Below are positions 10,901-22,496 of a stretch of 35,968 nt of DNA, one piece after another. The notes under the pieces were generated by a model. That model made no database searches and was not told where the DNA came from. It was given only the letters and a program-made list of their open reading frames with translations. A program made the position numbers and the translations under genes. The first letter of the stretch is position 1. Each line of letters opens with the position of its first letter. Origin of the DNA: Perkinsus chesapeaki ATCC PRA-425 (Eukaryota > Protista > Perkinsozoa); contig JAAPAO010000363.1 in the NCBI GenBank assembly GCA_013115145.1, positions 1-35,968 of the forward strand. Reading direction: 5' to 3'.

Positions 10901-11844
10901 CTAATCATCATCCTCACTAGAGCTCACAGTCTTCTGACCAATGGGGATCTGAAAGAAGAGTCCACTATTCTGATATGCGTTCTGAAAGATGACCAGCTTG
11001 CGGAAGTCCTCCAGGCCGATCCTACCATCACCGTCGGCATCCGCGACTTTCACTGAAGAAACGCCGTAACAGAGAATGACACTGCGAGTGCCTACGAATG
11101 GCTTTCATGTCATCATCTGACAATTTGCCGTAACCGGCTTCCTCGAAGAACTCCTTCACTTTATCCAGATCGACGTATCCTGTGTTTCTCGTATCATACA
11201 TCTGAGCTTCGACCACTACAAAGCTACATAACCTTATTTAGCAACGCCAACTGGTGGATGGTGCGATATACACATGAAAGATTTATTAGTCTTTCGCGGA
11301 GCTTTGTAATCAAGCCAACCGTTGAGCCACTAAGACAAGTTCAATGAGTTGATTATTTCCGGACAACCCAGCAGCGGTATCCTCGGTGGAGGATCATATG
11401 AGCACCTTGAAGGCCTCTGCTGCCGGGTCGAAGGTGGCGAGCTGATTATCCCGCAATAGCGCATACAGCTCTTGGAAGGTTATCTCGCTTTGGTTGTTGA
11501 GTAAGAACCTGCTCTCTGTTCGTTATCTCTTCAGCCACCCTCGATACTACTTTAGTTCTTTGCTGGTTATCGCGCTATTAAACGGGACTAGCCTTTGCTT
11601 CAAGTCATTAGCGTTGATCCTTCCCGTGCCCTATAGCGCATCGCCGTCAAGTCAAGCAGCCGCCGTCTCACTCGCGTATCGAAGAAGTCCCATGCCACCC
11701 TCAATGCCTCCTCTCGGACCAGTACACCCCCACGCTGAAGTGGTAAGCAATTGACATACCAATCAGAAGGGGCTGTGCTACTGCGTTCCTCGCTACTGGT
11801 GCCGATATGGCCTTGCGGCCGGTCGATGGGGAGGACGAGGACAT
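10901..11844 (-). CDS. Calmodulin/centrin-like EF-hand protein, multi-exon
   Basis: Exons read: RGGVLVREEALRVAWDFFDT / GTGRINANDLKQRLVPF...KEL / FLLNNQSEITFQELYALLRDNQLATFDPAAEAFK / MYDTRNTGYVDLDKVKEFFEEAGYGKLSDDDMK / KVADADGDGRIGLEDFRKL. The EF loops DTxGTGRINAND, DTRNTGYVDLDK and DADGDGRIGLED are visible. The first exon is uncertain. Confidence 0.8.
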
Positions 11845-12360
11845 GAATAGCAAATGCTACCAAAGGAATCCTCCGCTATGAAGCTTGGCTTCGTTTCGAA
11901 GCTTTAGGGGATCGAGCTAATTAATTCGAGCAACAGACTGGAATTAAATAGTAACTATAAAACTGTGGGAACAAGCGAGAAACATGCCGCAGATTTCACA
12001 AGATGAGTGTGCGCGTGGAAGCAACCGAGGGCTTTAAAATTCGCCGCCGCCTGGCTGCCAAGTTCCACTATTCCTGAGAATGTGGTCAATTGCCCCTCAT
12101 AGGTCTCGAAACTGGGATGAACTGGTGGGTGTAGTTTGATAGCTACAGCGCAATCGCCGGTAATTTCATTAGAACCTTTCCGCACACAATCACTTCATTG
12201 AGTAAGCGACCCTCGACTCATCGAAGTGACCTCATCAGCACGTGTTCTCCTTTAAACTGATAACTATGTGAACTTTAACCACCACCAACACACTATGGAG
12301 ATAACTCAACGAAAGTGAGGTGAGGAAACCACATAACCCCATGTGTTAGTCGATAAAAAA

Positions 12361-13683
12361 TCAAGCAGCCTGAGCCTTGCACTGCTTCAGTTGGTCAACG
12401 AGGGTCTGGCACTCGAATGAATCCTTATCTGAGACATAACTACACTGGTAAAGTGCGAGAGGACTGGCTACTGGAGAGGCATTGGTTCAGCGAGTCTTGC
12501 TGGCTCTGGCATGGGTCGCTCGGCGCTGGGGCAGCACCACCCTCATGCTTGTGGACGACCTGGCATGGAAAGAACACATCAACGGTTCAATCAGTGTGGC
12601 ATACTCAATGACCCAAGTAGTACTTAGCTTTGCAACACGGTTCGAATGCCTATTTGCATACCAATAAATGCATATGGTTGCCGAGATGTCGGCGAAAGTG
12701 ATTGCAAAACAGTGCTAGCTTTTTATACCGAAGCGAAGAGAGCTTTCCGTGTGGGTAAGCCTAGCGTCCGCGTATTCGAGCTCACTTCAGTCTGCCTCGG
12801 GCCAAAGATAGCATCAACGGCTCTATTGGCAACCGACATACCCACACCGGAGGCCATACCACTCATTAGGGAACCAGCAAGGCCGGACATCATACCGCCA
12901 CCTGAGGGAGCAGGGAACCTGTAGCCACCGGTTGGTATCGACGGATGCCACATTTTCATGGACAGGAAAAATGAAGTCGAACGCTTCTGTAGGCAATGCT
13001 ACTTGTCTAGGGAGCAGCCAATAGTGTATGAGAGTGCATCTACCCTGTCAACACGACGGCGAGTAGGAAAAATTTCGAGAGAATTTTCACAGAATTCCGG
13101 TAATTCCCCCACTCCACAGCATCACGCTGTGTCTTCAGGTGGAGAGGCTGGCTATTGCCAATCAGGCAAGAGATACCCCACTACTGGAGCAGTCTCAGAA
13201 GGGTAAAATGGTCTCGTACTCCTCAGTACGACGAGAAGATTTCTACGTCGATCTACACGTAATAGCGCCGAAAGGGGAACGAATTACGATTGTTATGTTG
13301 TATGAAGATTAAATGCTCTCACCAGAGGGTGCCGCTGGTGGTGGGCTGGCAGCTGCTGCTGGGGCCGGAGTAGACGCGGGAGGCGACGCGGAAGGAGGGT
13401 GAGGTGCCGGTGATGATGCATGGGCAGCAGCCGGAGTCGGGGAAGGTGTTGATGGAGCCGTACTGGCGGGGGAGCTCGGTGGAGTAGACTGACAAAAGGG
13501 CATAGGAAGTCAAGCTACCAACAGCGGCGTGGTCACCTGCGGGGATGCCTTCTGACTCGACTTCCTTCCAAAACTGGGACCAGAGGCTGCGGCCCTGCGA
13601 GCTCCTGAAGTAGGCCCGGCAGCAGCAGGAGCTGGGGTCGAAGTGGGTTTGGCGGTAGAGGAAGGACCGGACTTGCGAGGCAT
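12361..13683 (-). CDS. CHCH-domain (twin CX9C) mitochondrial protein, CHCHD2/CHCHD10/Mix17-like, multi-exon
   Basis: MPRKSGPSS... / Pro-Ala-Ser-rich exon (13320-13490) / GGMMSGLAGSLMSGMASGVGMSVANRAVDAIFGPRQTE (the conserved hydrophobic segment of this family) / VVHKHE...CQSQQDSLNQC / CQTLVDQLKQCKAQAA* (two CX9C). Confidence 0.85.
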
Positions 13684-13924
13684 CAATGAGAGAGAAAAAC
13701 AAACCTAGGTAGAGGGAGAACCGTTCACTTAAGTGCCGACAGACGTCAGCAGATCAGTAAGAAGAGAGCCTACAGAAGGAATAAAACTGAGCAAAATTCG
13801 GTACCCTGACATAGGGCATTGAACGACCCACCACGGCGGACACAACAACATTGAGGGTTATAAAATGCTGAAATAACATTACAAAGACTAAGACAAATCA
13901 CATGCCACAATTGGGCAGCAGATT

Positions 13925-15021
13925 TCACGAGCAGCTTTCAGAGGCACCCTTTGGCTCTTCCTTCTCTTTCGTACACTTCTTTTTATAAAGGAAAAGTACC
14001 GCGGCCAGCACAATCAATGGTAGCACCTAGAGCCCGGAATGCCATAGTAGAGCGGTAACACCCTACCTTGGGGTCCTTCAACTTGGGCAGCAACTGTTGG
14101 ACCGGCGGGCCTACCACAGTAGCAACGCCAAGACTTGTCCCCATCACACAAGCTCCGACAATAGTAGACCTGGCAAGGGGGAAAATGGGCCGAATTAAGG
14201 AATGGTGGGAGCTACCTGAGGAAGCGTTCGAGCTGGAAGAACTCCCTCGGGCTCTTCTTTCTATCAGGTCGCTGTAACGAGTATCCCCTCCACTCATTGC
14301 CAGGGGCAGAAATGATGCAGGCCAGGACGACTGTGACGAACATCGTTGAGATGCGACCTGAAACGGGGCAATAGAACCACACATGGCTGTAGGGTCCTAC
14401 CGATGGTCGAGTCGGAGGCGTCGGGGAAGGTCCTGGCCATGAATGCAGCAATAGTATTGCGTGAATTAGCATAGATAACGTCACGAACCTAAGAAAAGGG
14501 GGTAGCGAATGGCAGACCATGGCGGACAGCGTACCACTGTAGGCAGGTAAGCCGTCCAGAGGCTGGAGTCTGACAGGCTGACTTCTCTGTTCATCGACTT
14601 ATTGAAGCGATAGTTGGTAATGGGGAGGGTCGCCGTGGTGAAGATGATGCCTGATAGGGTAGGTGTATCGATGATTATACAAAAGTACGGTATACCGGTG
14701 ATGACGCCACGGAGCTCCTTAGGGATATCAACTCTGCGAATTATCTCGTTCAAAACCTCAAAGAGAGGGAACTTGATAAAATTGGTGGGCAGAGTCGTCT
14801 GGAAGTACTTCACGGACTTCTCGATGTCAACCTCAGCCAAGGCCTGAACAGAAGATACGGGCCGGTGGAAGCCTAGGAGGAGGGATCACCTGCTTCAGTG
14901 AGCACCTTTCAACAAGGACTCTATTAGTGACTGGATCGGTAACGCTAGCAATGAGGGCCCCTACGATGGCACCAGCTGCACCCTGACTGGCAGCGGCAAC
15001 ACTAGCACTAACGAGGGACAT
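13925..15021 (-). CDS. Divergent mitochondrial-carrier-like (SLC25-like) membrane protein, multi-exon
   Basis: Three helix-Pro repeats: GAIVGALIASVTDPVTNR, GIIFTTATLPITNYR and VVLACIISAPGNEWR. Also LPTVVRDVIY (RDxxF/Y-like). Short GT-AG introns join the pieces in frame and the protein ends ...VLPLIVLAAVLFLYKK...SESCS*. Confidence 0.7.
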
Positions 15022-15421
15022 TAACTTATAAAAATACACCTTAAGAGAGAGATGGAGAACACAGACGTCGATGCAAGGAAGTGATTGAAGCACCCAAATC
15101 GTGGCAGGCAAAAGTTGGACGGGACCAAGAGCTCTGTGATGGCCTACGAGTGTTAATAATGATAGCAATAGAAGCAACATCATTTTAACGTGGGAAATGA
15201 ACAACCATATAAGTGGACGTTTCTGGATCGCCGTTTCGAGAGCCGAGTAGGCCACGAAAGGATATGAGTAAAACTCGATGGATTCGCACCGAGTGTCAGT
15301 AATGATGACGCCTGCGAAACAGAACAGTAAAAGATGGCGTAGAAGAGGGAAGCCAAATCCATAACTACTACTTGAGACTGCGCAGAAATATCGATCAGAA
15401 TTGCGTACTTCACTTGAAGAG

Positions 15422-15493
15422 CGCATTTCGTGGGAATCGATCCGGGGACCTCCGGGATGCTGGTCTGCCGCTCTACCGCTACGCTAAGTTTGC
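15422..15493 (-). pseudogene. tRNA-Ala(AGC)-derived element (tRNA pseudogene or SINE head) with intact Pol III A and B boxes
   Basis: The minus strand reads GCAAACT TA GCGT AGCGGTA GAGC G GCAGA CCAGCAT CCCGG AGGTC CCCGG ATCGATT CCCAC GAAATGC. This has tRNA spacing, an AGC anticodon position and the GATCGAT T-loop typical of eukaryotic tRNA-Ala. A box TAGCGTAGCGG, B box GATCGATTC. The stems do not pair, so it is not a functional tRNA. Confidence 0.65.
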
Positions 15494-15799
15494 CAAATCT
15501 TCTTCGAGTAGCAGTAGTGTCCGGCAAAAAACATCATACTGAGGTTGCAAATTACAATCGCTCTAGAATTATGTGGAATGTAACCATTAACCTAGGATAT
15601 CCTCGGCCTTAATATATTGCAGTATAGTGTAGAGCCTCTGCACATTCCTGTATCTTATTTCGCCCATTTGCAGTGGAACAAGCGTTTCTTGCTGCTCCTT
15701 AGAGCCGTAGCATATACCAATTCTTCGACTTCCCGATTTCCTAATATAATCCGCTTTAATATCGGCCGAGTAAACAGCGGTATTTTCCATACTGACAGG

Positions 15800-17560
15800 T
15801 CCTCGTTTGTTGCTTTCATCATGCTAGGAGTTTACGCCGAGGAATTCAAGTCAGTACTGCATAACCCAAGAAGGGTAAGTTAACCTAAAGATACTCATCG
15901 ATCGATTCTACATCGCTAATCTCGGCCAAAGTCCTCTTGGTATCTTAGGGGTCTGAGGCCGCTCTGGGATGGTTCATTCTGTAGATGTCAAAGGTATCTT
16001 TTCAGTTCCTCACATCCACGCTCAACCTGGCATGTGTGGTATTCTCAGCTTTAATGCTTTGGAAGGGCCTCATGTTGTACACTGGTTCAGAGAGCCCTAT
16101 AGTGGTGGTACTCAGGTGAGCACTGTCAACAACGGTAACGGGCACTCACCTGTTGGTTTTCAGTGGATCTATGGAGCCGGGCTTCCACAGAGGCGACATA
16201 CTTTTTTTAACCCTGAAGGAGCAGGATCCCTTTGAGCCAGGTGAGTGCGTAGGGGCTGTTTAAGGCCGATTCGGGCTGGCCAGCCTTTATAGAAAGCGAT
16301 AGGGAATTAGTTATAAAGGGAAATGGTAAACTAGTTATAAAGGGAAATGGTAAACTAGTTATTGGTGGAAATGGTAAACTAGTTATTACGGGAAATAGTA
16401 AATCAGTTATAAAGGGAAATGATAAATCAGTTGTAAAGGGAAATGGTAAATCAGTTGTAAAGGGAAATGGTAAATCAGTTATAAAGGGAAATGGTAAATC
16501 AGTTATAAAGGGAAATGGTAAATCAGTTATAAAGAGAAATGGTAAATCAGTTATAAAGGGAAATGGTAAATCAGTTATAAAGGGAAATGACAGTTTTTTG
16601 TTTGTCGCTTTCGCAGGCTTGGCCCTTCTAAAGGGACTCCCTTCAAGGGAGCTGTTGCTAATATCGTTCAGGTGACATATCTGTTTTCTCCATCGAAGGC
16701 CGGGATATCCCTATTGTTCACCGAATTGTCAATGTCAGTATCATTTACTGCCTTATAGATCATCTTTACTCTACCTCGTAGGTTCACGAAGAGGAAAGTG
16801 GCAGAGTTCGCATTTTGACCAAAGGAGATAACAATATGGTGATGCTATAGGGCTTCCTTATGGCGAATTAAGAACGCTTTAGGTTGACGATCGTGGCCTG
16901 TACAACTATGGTCAACTATTCATAGAGAGGAAAAATATAATGGGCCGAGCCCAGGGGTACCACCGCCGTCTGTGGGTTGTTTTCCTTACTGTAATTATTA
17001 GATTCCTGCCTTACGCTGGTATGGTAACGATCTGGCTAAACGACTACCCGTGGCTAAAGTAATATCCTTAGGGATGACTTTTCGGGGCAAGAATATTTTC
17101 TCTACTAATTGATATATTATCTTTTAATATATCATCTAATAGAAACTTGGTATATATTTCAATTTAATGCTCCATGTTCCTATTGCATCCAGGCCTGGAA
17201 TATCTACATCTGGTCGCCAACGTTGAGGGGAGAAAGTTTTGAGGAAATTCAAGTCCATTTTTTCATCGCCCATCTAGCTTGTATGGTGATTTGAAGCAAG
17301 AATTCCACAACGGAAGGGGTCTTTCGTATTTTACGGCGCTGATCTCGCTTATCGACGGTTCCTCATCACGCTTCTACAAGGGCTGGGATAGGAGGCAAAG
17401 TTCCCGGCTCTACGCCCAAGTTGCTCGGAGGGCAGCGAACAACTTTCTCTGTGTAGGTACGTGTTGCTTGGTATGATGGGCTTCTTCGTGATGATAGGGC
17501 GAGATTGACGCAGCATCCTACAGCCATTTTTTGGGTACATAATGCCGTTTCGGGCACACC
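15800..17560 (-). mobile_element. Decayed Penelope-like retroelement (RT thumb, linker, Cys motif, GIY-YIG-like remnants)
   Basis: Minus-strand remnants in PLE order: RPII (~17500), KFLLDD...LAPKSHP (~17080-17150; FLD..L..S.HP-like), KKLSFPFIT[repeat]NSLSLSIKA (LP[FY]I...LS..I linker), KKVCRLC..GEC (~16130-16200) and [13 protein letters not shown] (~16095-16135; C..C...YIG-like). There are many stops and boundaries are approximate. Confidence 0.5.
16308..16589. repeat. Minisatellite: 24-bp unit (C/T)AGTTATAAAGGGAAATGGTAAA(T/C), ~11.8 copies
   Basis: Counted directly: 11 full units from 16308 plus a partial twelfth. Units 1-4 begin TAG and units 5-12 begin CAG. Confidence 0.97.
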
Positions 17561-18702
17561 ATAGCTTTGAGTTAGTCGAGTCGCCGCATCCAGTTCGCCT
17601 GTGTCGAAATCCCCTCTGAGAGGAGCTGCCTAGAGAGCCCTCTATGCGTGTTGTGAATACCTCTAGGGCCCCCTGAGCTACAGGTCGGCTTTGATTTAGC
17701 TCGGTGCACACCTGAGTGAGCCTTTAGACATAGTAAGCATACGTGACATGATAAGGAAGGGTAAGTAGAGTCCGTTAGCACGATTTGTTTTCGTTGTCGT
17801 CAATGTCAAATGGTGGGGCTACTCTCACGGCGGTCTCCCATACGTCAAATTGGTGGGGAACGAGTAAAGGAGGAGACTCAAGGTCGAATAATCATGATTT
17901 GCTCGGTTATGAGGAAACATACGAGACAACACCATACACGGAGCATGACACCTCAGTAGCGATTGGAGCAGCAGCGGTGGAGGGGGAGAATAGCGGAAAG
18001 GCTATGAGGTACTATGGAGGGACTACGGGTATACCCAAGTGTCTGAGGGGAAAGGAAGTCTTATGGACACGTGAGATTCGTGTTCGGTTCCATGGCTTTA
18101 CCGAGCTGAGCGGCCGAATACGTTCAAAGCGGAGGAAATTCGATAAAAGCAAGGACTCATTTCAGCACTCCAGAAGAATGCGTTATTTCAGCGATTTTAT
18201 TGGGATATTGTAGGACTGAGCTTAGGAGGTGTATCGGACATTCGGCGTTCATTGAATGCATGAGATTAAACTTCCTTTATATCCGTAACTTATGCGGTCA
18301 AGTAGTTCGTGCCGAGCTCGGCACCAGTTGAGAACATAGCCACTTTGCCAGTATTTCCGCATTTCTTATCGCCACGAAGGCCGAATGGCGAGGATCAGTT
18401 CGAGTCGGAAGAACACATCATATTTTAGAGTGTGTTAACTATTCCATTGCTTCCGGTTGGTTTGTATTACTCCCACCTTTTTCATACTCAGCGCCGAGTT
18501 ATGAGTACCTTTTTGCAGGGTTGGAATGTTCATCACGTTCTGCAGCTGAGGTCTGCACCTTTCCCGTCGATATAGGAAATGCATTCTTTGCTGTGGAAAA
18601 GTTATATGAAAGCTACCGCAATGATGTCGTGGAATCTCCCTACAATTCTTTTCGACATTGATGGCCCTCCTCAGAGTAAAGTCGACACTGGGCGTATCAG
18701 CG

Positions 18703-20301
18703 ATGGAGCCTGTACGGTTGTCGGCGTTCACGACAGCAGCATGCGGCTCGACTGCTGGAGCATCAGCCAAATTTGTAGTGGCCCCACTTGAGCGAGTGAA
18801 GATCCTGTAGGGGGGAAACTCGTGGCGCGCAAGAATTGTCGGTCTTATCAGCTACCAGACGAATCCTGCCTTGAAGTTCACGTGGAGGAGCGCGATTTGT
18901 ACTATGCGAGACATAGTCACTGCAAACGGCATCCATGGTAAGCCACGAATGAAGGATTGGTTTATACCATGTGCATGTGCTGCTGTCTCAGGCCTTTGGA
19001 AAGGGTACCTTATGGTCCTCACTAGGATCATACCATACTCAGCGACCAACTATACTGTATTTGACAGAGTTAATAATTACTTGCAAAGTAAAAGTGGGAG
19101 AGTAATTCCCAAATATGGGATTTTATACTCGTGTTAAAAACGCTAGGAAACGCGAGGCATACTTTATTCAGTCTGAATCTCTGCTATAAATAGTTGAATT
19201 ACCACCGATAGATTCGCGGTTCCTCCCACAAGAGCTTTCCTCGGTCTCGTCCGTGTTGTAGAACGTCAATTAGAGTCCAATCGATTCGTACAAGTGTTTT
19301 CGAAGTGGAAGTATTTCGAGTTTCCCCTTTGTCCAGATTCGTCTTTGCGGCAACATTGTCCCGCGGAACTGATCCGATTCTTCTCTGGAAATTGCGCTGG
19401 AGCCTCAGCGGTCATCGTAACGTACCCACTTGATGTAAGGATTGCCTATCACGGATACCTCTTGAGCCACTATTAGATGCTCCGATCTCGCCTTGCGTCC
19501 GATACTAAGGGGGAGTTCAAGTCCTATAAAGATGCGGTGAAGAAAATATACGGTAAGACTACCTTACTCGCTGGGACGTTCTTTAATTACGAGATCGTCA
19601 GCGTTGGTTTCTATATTTGCAGATCGTCTTGGGGAAAATGGGGTCATCGCTTCACGGGCAATCACGCGAATGCGTCTCCATAGAACGTCGGTGATTTCCA
19701 GTCGGGAATAAATATATAACCTTTTTGCGCACTTGCGGAGTCGATTTAGTTAACATATTTTTTCAGCCAGCCGCGGCATCCGCGGTATCTACGGTGGGAT
19801 GTACCCGACACTTTGCGGTATAATACCTTATGCGGGAACCTCCTTCATGTGCTTCGAGACTTTGAAAGCTAAACGACGAGACATCAGTGGAAGGTAGGTC
19901 TGGTACCATCTCGGGAACCAAGGCCGGCCCCATAGACTGGGGAATCGTTCAACTGTGGTGTATCTCAGATGGACGGCATTCGATCGCTTGATCTGCGGAG
20001 CTTTCTCGGGATTGGTAGCTCAAAGTGCAACCTATCCTTTCGATATCATACGAAGACGTCAACAGGTGCGTCCGATGGGCAAACTACACCTATCTTGGTT
20101 GCGTAGGTCCACGGCGGGCGGGCATTCCCTGGTAAAGGGGTCATTCGTTCTCTTATTGAAGTTGCCCGAACTGAAGGTGTCCGCAAAGGCCTTTATAAAG
20201 GGCTTAGTGTCAACTGGGTAAAGGGTCCAATAGCTGTAGCAGTGAGTCTGAGCGTGAATGATGCTCTAAAGGAGGCCCTCACGCTTAAAGCCAACAGCTG
20301 A
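18703..20301 (+). CDS. Mitochondrial carrier, CoA-transporter/Graves-disease-carrier type (SLC25A42/SLC25A16-like), multi-exon
   Basis: MEPVRLSAF...GSTAGASAKFVVAPLERVKIL / YQT...GIHG / LWKGYLMVLTRIIPYSATNY / FFSGNCAGASAVIVTYPLD / MLRSRLA / GIYGGMYPTLCGIIPYAGTSF / RLICGAFSGLVAQSATYPFDIIRRRQQV / GLYKGLSVNWVKGPIAVAVS...ANS*. All three Px[DE]xx[KR] signatures are canonical. Confidence 0.9.
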
Positions 20302-22496
20302 CCCAAGCCGTTATATTTCTCGCTAGCCTATTAGATGACAGTTCTTTCATGGAATCGCTCGTGCCGATGACATTATTGATCGACTCTGTCAATTTGAGTG
20401 TCTGCTCATAAGACTCAACGGTTCTGCCTGAACCCTTCTTAGCAATCGCTGTGGTTTAGTGTCTCCCCATGGGGGCGTCTATTACTGTCTTGCGTGGTTA
20501 TTCGAGAACTTGGTTGTTTTCTATGCGAAGGAGTGTGCACTTTCCTATCCTTCTGTTTTCGATATCGGGATGGTCTCACTTTCATATCGGTTCTGCAATA
20601 TTGACTCTGGTATTCTTCATGTATCGATAAAGTAAGATTTGTGAGTAGTGTTTCTCGCTTAAATCACTGCTCTTAGTTTCAAGTGTCAATAAAGCAGCTT
20701 CATCGGTACTGACTTTTGCGGTAAGAGCTCTTCACGGTTACCTAGGTCATACTCGGAAAACCTTTGTCTAGCTTGCTGGGTTGCCGAGCTCGGTGTGGTG
20801 CAACTGATTGCTATGCCGCAGACAAAGATATACAACTCGGAAAAGCGCTTTCTTAGGTTCTCTATCGATCTGAAAGGATTGCTCCCGATTTGATTCGCGC
20901 TCTGTCACTTACTGACTTGACCATATCTTGCGGAAAATTGCCATCAACTGTCTCTTTGAATTCAGCTATTTTAAAAGGCGAGAAACGGAACTGAACGTGA
21001 TTGAAGAGATACGACTTCCGAGTTCTCGCATGAATAGCTGGCATACCAGTTCTTTTGAATTTGGTTCCTACTGCACCATGCAGTCTGCATGCTACCCAAT
21101 TCAAGTTGAGATTCCCAGCAACACCCTTGGGAACTCATTTATTCAACATGACGTAATGGACTTTACCAGAAAACCTCATAGTTGCCTACGAAAAAAACAA
21201 CGCCCGTGGGACGCAGTATACCCTTTGGTTGTAAAAGCAGCGAAGCATCCCAATCAATGCACCGGCCTCTCGCCTCTTTCCCACTCTTAGCTCCAACGTC
21301 ATGTCGCCAATATTTGTGAATAGGCGGAGCTTAATATGTGGAAACTGCAGTGTCCGTAGCAGCAGCTGACTGCTGGGCCACCTTTGTGTGCCTGCCGCAC
21401 AGAGTGCCCTTTGTATTCAGTTGCATTGCCCCGCACTGCGACACAGTGTATGGCGCAGAGTTTACTGTCTAGCCCTTCTTCTCTGTTTGTTCAAGGCCTC
21501 GAGATGGCGAGGCTCACGTGAGTAATCCCCATGGCCTCGCGATGTCGGCGGTATTCTCGCACCTACCGTTAACTGTTCGTTGAGGGCTCGTTTATTCGAG
21601 ATACTGCTTTTTTCCGCATGTGAACTATAATAAATTCAGTTGAAAAATTCGCTCGCAGGCGCCATACGCCGCGCCATATTTTCGCTGAACTCAGCAAGTT
21701 TCCCCGCTGCGCTTGCCTGTAAACACTCGATAATCATCCACAGCACAAATATTCGCATGCCTTGTGCTTGGGCCATGCGCCTTGGCATCCTGGCTCACAT
21801 CAGTCGCTATCACTCGCATTCTCTAATGAGTGTACAAAACACCTACGAAGTGTTCGAGATGTCACCTGGGACGCGAAAGGGATCATTTTGGTATGTGTGT
21901 GCAGGTTACTTCTCGTTAACCAGGACTAACTAACTGAGGGTCAATACAGTGTGACTCCTCCCCTATGTTCCAGATGTCAGTTCTTACTGCACATGTAACT
22001 TATATGATATAAGAGTCAAAGTGCCAAACCTACAGTATTTTTGCGGGGGAATGTCGCTCCCTGGGACTCGGAGCCGCGCCCTCAAACTAGAGTGCTTTTC
22101 GATCGCTGACTATTCACCCAATTGCCAGCCTGGCAATCCGGGACTATTTCCAAGCTCTGGCCACTTCGTCGATGAGGCCCTAATATGGATGAATCTAGTC
22201 GTCAGTTTCAATGGTGAACGAATGCGCAGAGCAGACAAGTGAACGCCGATTAGCGTCACAGTCACTCTACCATGACTAGGGAAGAAGAGGTGTAATAAGA
22301 AGGATTCATGTGTTACATAAACCCATATAGTTGGATCTAGCTGATCTGGGTATAAGTAACTTGCTAACCGTTACAGAAGTTCGTGCGCGCGGCGCCATTT
22401 GGCGCCACATCTTCTCGCTGAGATTTGGATCTTTGAGAAAATGTGAATGACAATCGGTATCAGTGTCTTGAGAAGTCTATAGATCATTCAGACTAC

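Noticed and set aside
11955-12185. 76-aa ORF with faint resemblance to PaaI/hotdog thioesterases (ELGSQAAANF)
   Set aside because: Non-ATG start, no convincing flanking exons, and the similarity is too weak to support without a search.
13319-13702. 127-aa ORF with Cys-rich text overlapping the CHCH gene
   Set aside because: It is an alternative frame across exon 1, intron 1 and exon 2. The spliced MPRKSG frame explains the region.
15422-15493. Functional tRNA-Ala gene
   Set aside because: The acceptor, anticodon and T stems cannot pair. It is reported as a tRNA-derived element instead.
16308-16589. Possible CRISPR array
   Set aside because: The units are contiguous with no unique spacers, the context is eukaryotic, and there are no cas genes.
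17785-18270. 142-aa ORF and a nearby FQRFYWDIVG string resembling an integrase core start
   Set aside because: No further D-D-E motifs or consistent frame were found, so it cannot be assigned.
18309-18324. 16-bp palindrome GTGCCGAGCTCGGCAC; core CCGAGCTCGG also at 20784 and 28307
   Set aside because: This is a post-hoc pattern with unrelated flanks and no consistent position relative to genes.
18355-18405. Hammerhead-ribozyme-like CTGAT-stem-GAAA on the minus strand near the Penelope remnant
   Set aside because: The core reads CTGATCC, not CTGANGA, and stems I/III are not evident.
20310-22400. Possible decayed transposon or gene between the carrier and the subtilisin
   Set aside because: Only short ORFs with no recognisable motif, TIR or splice pattern.
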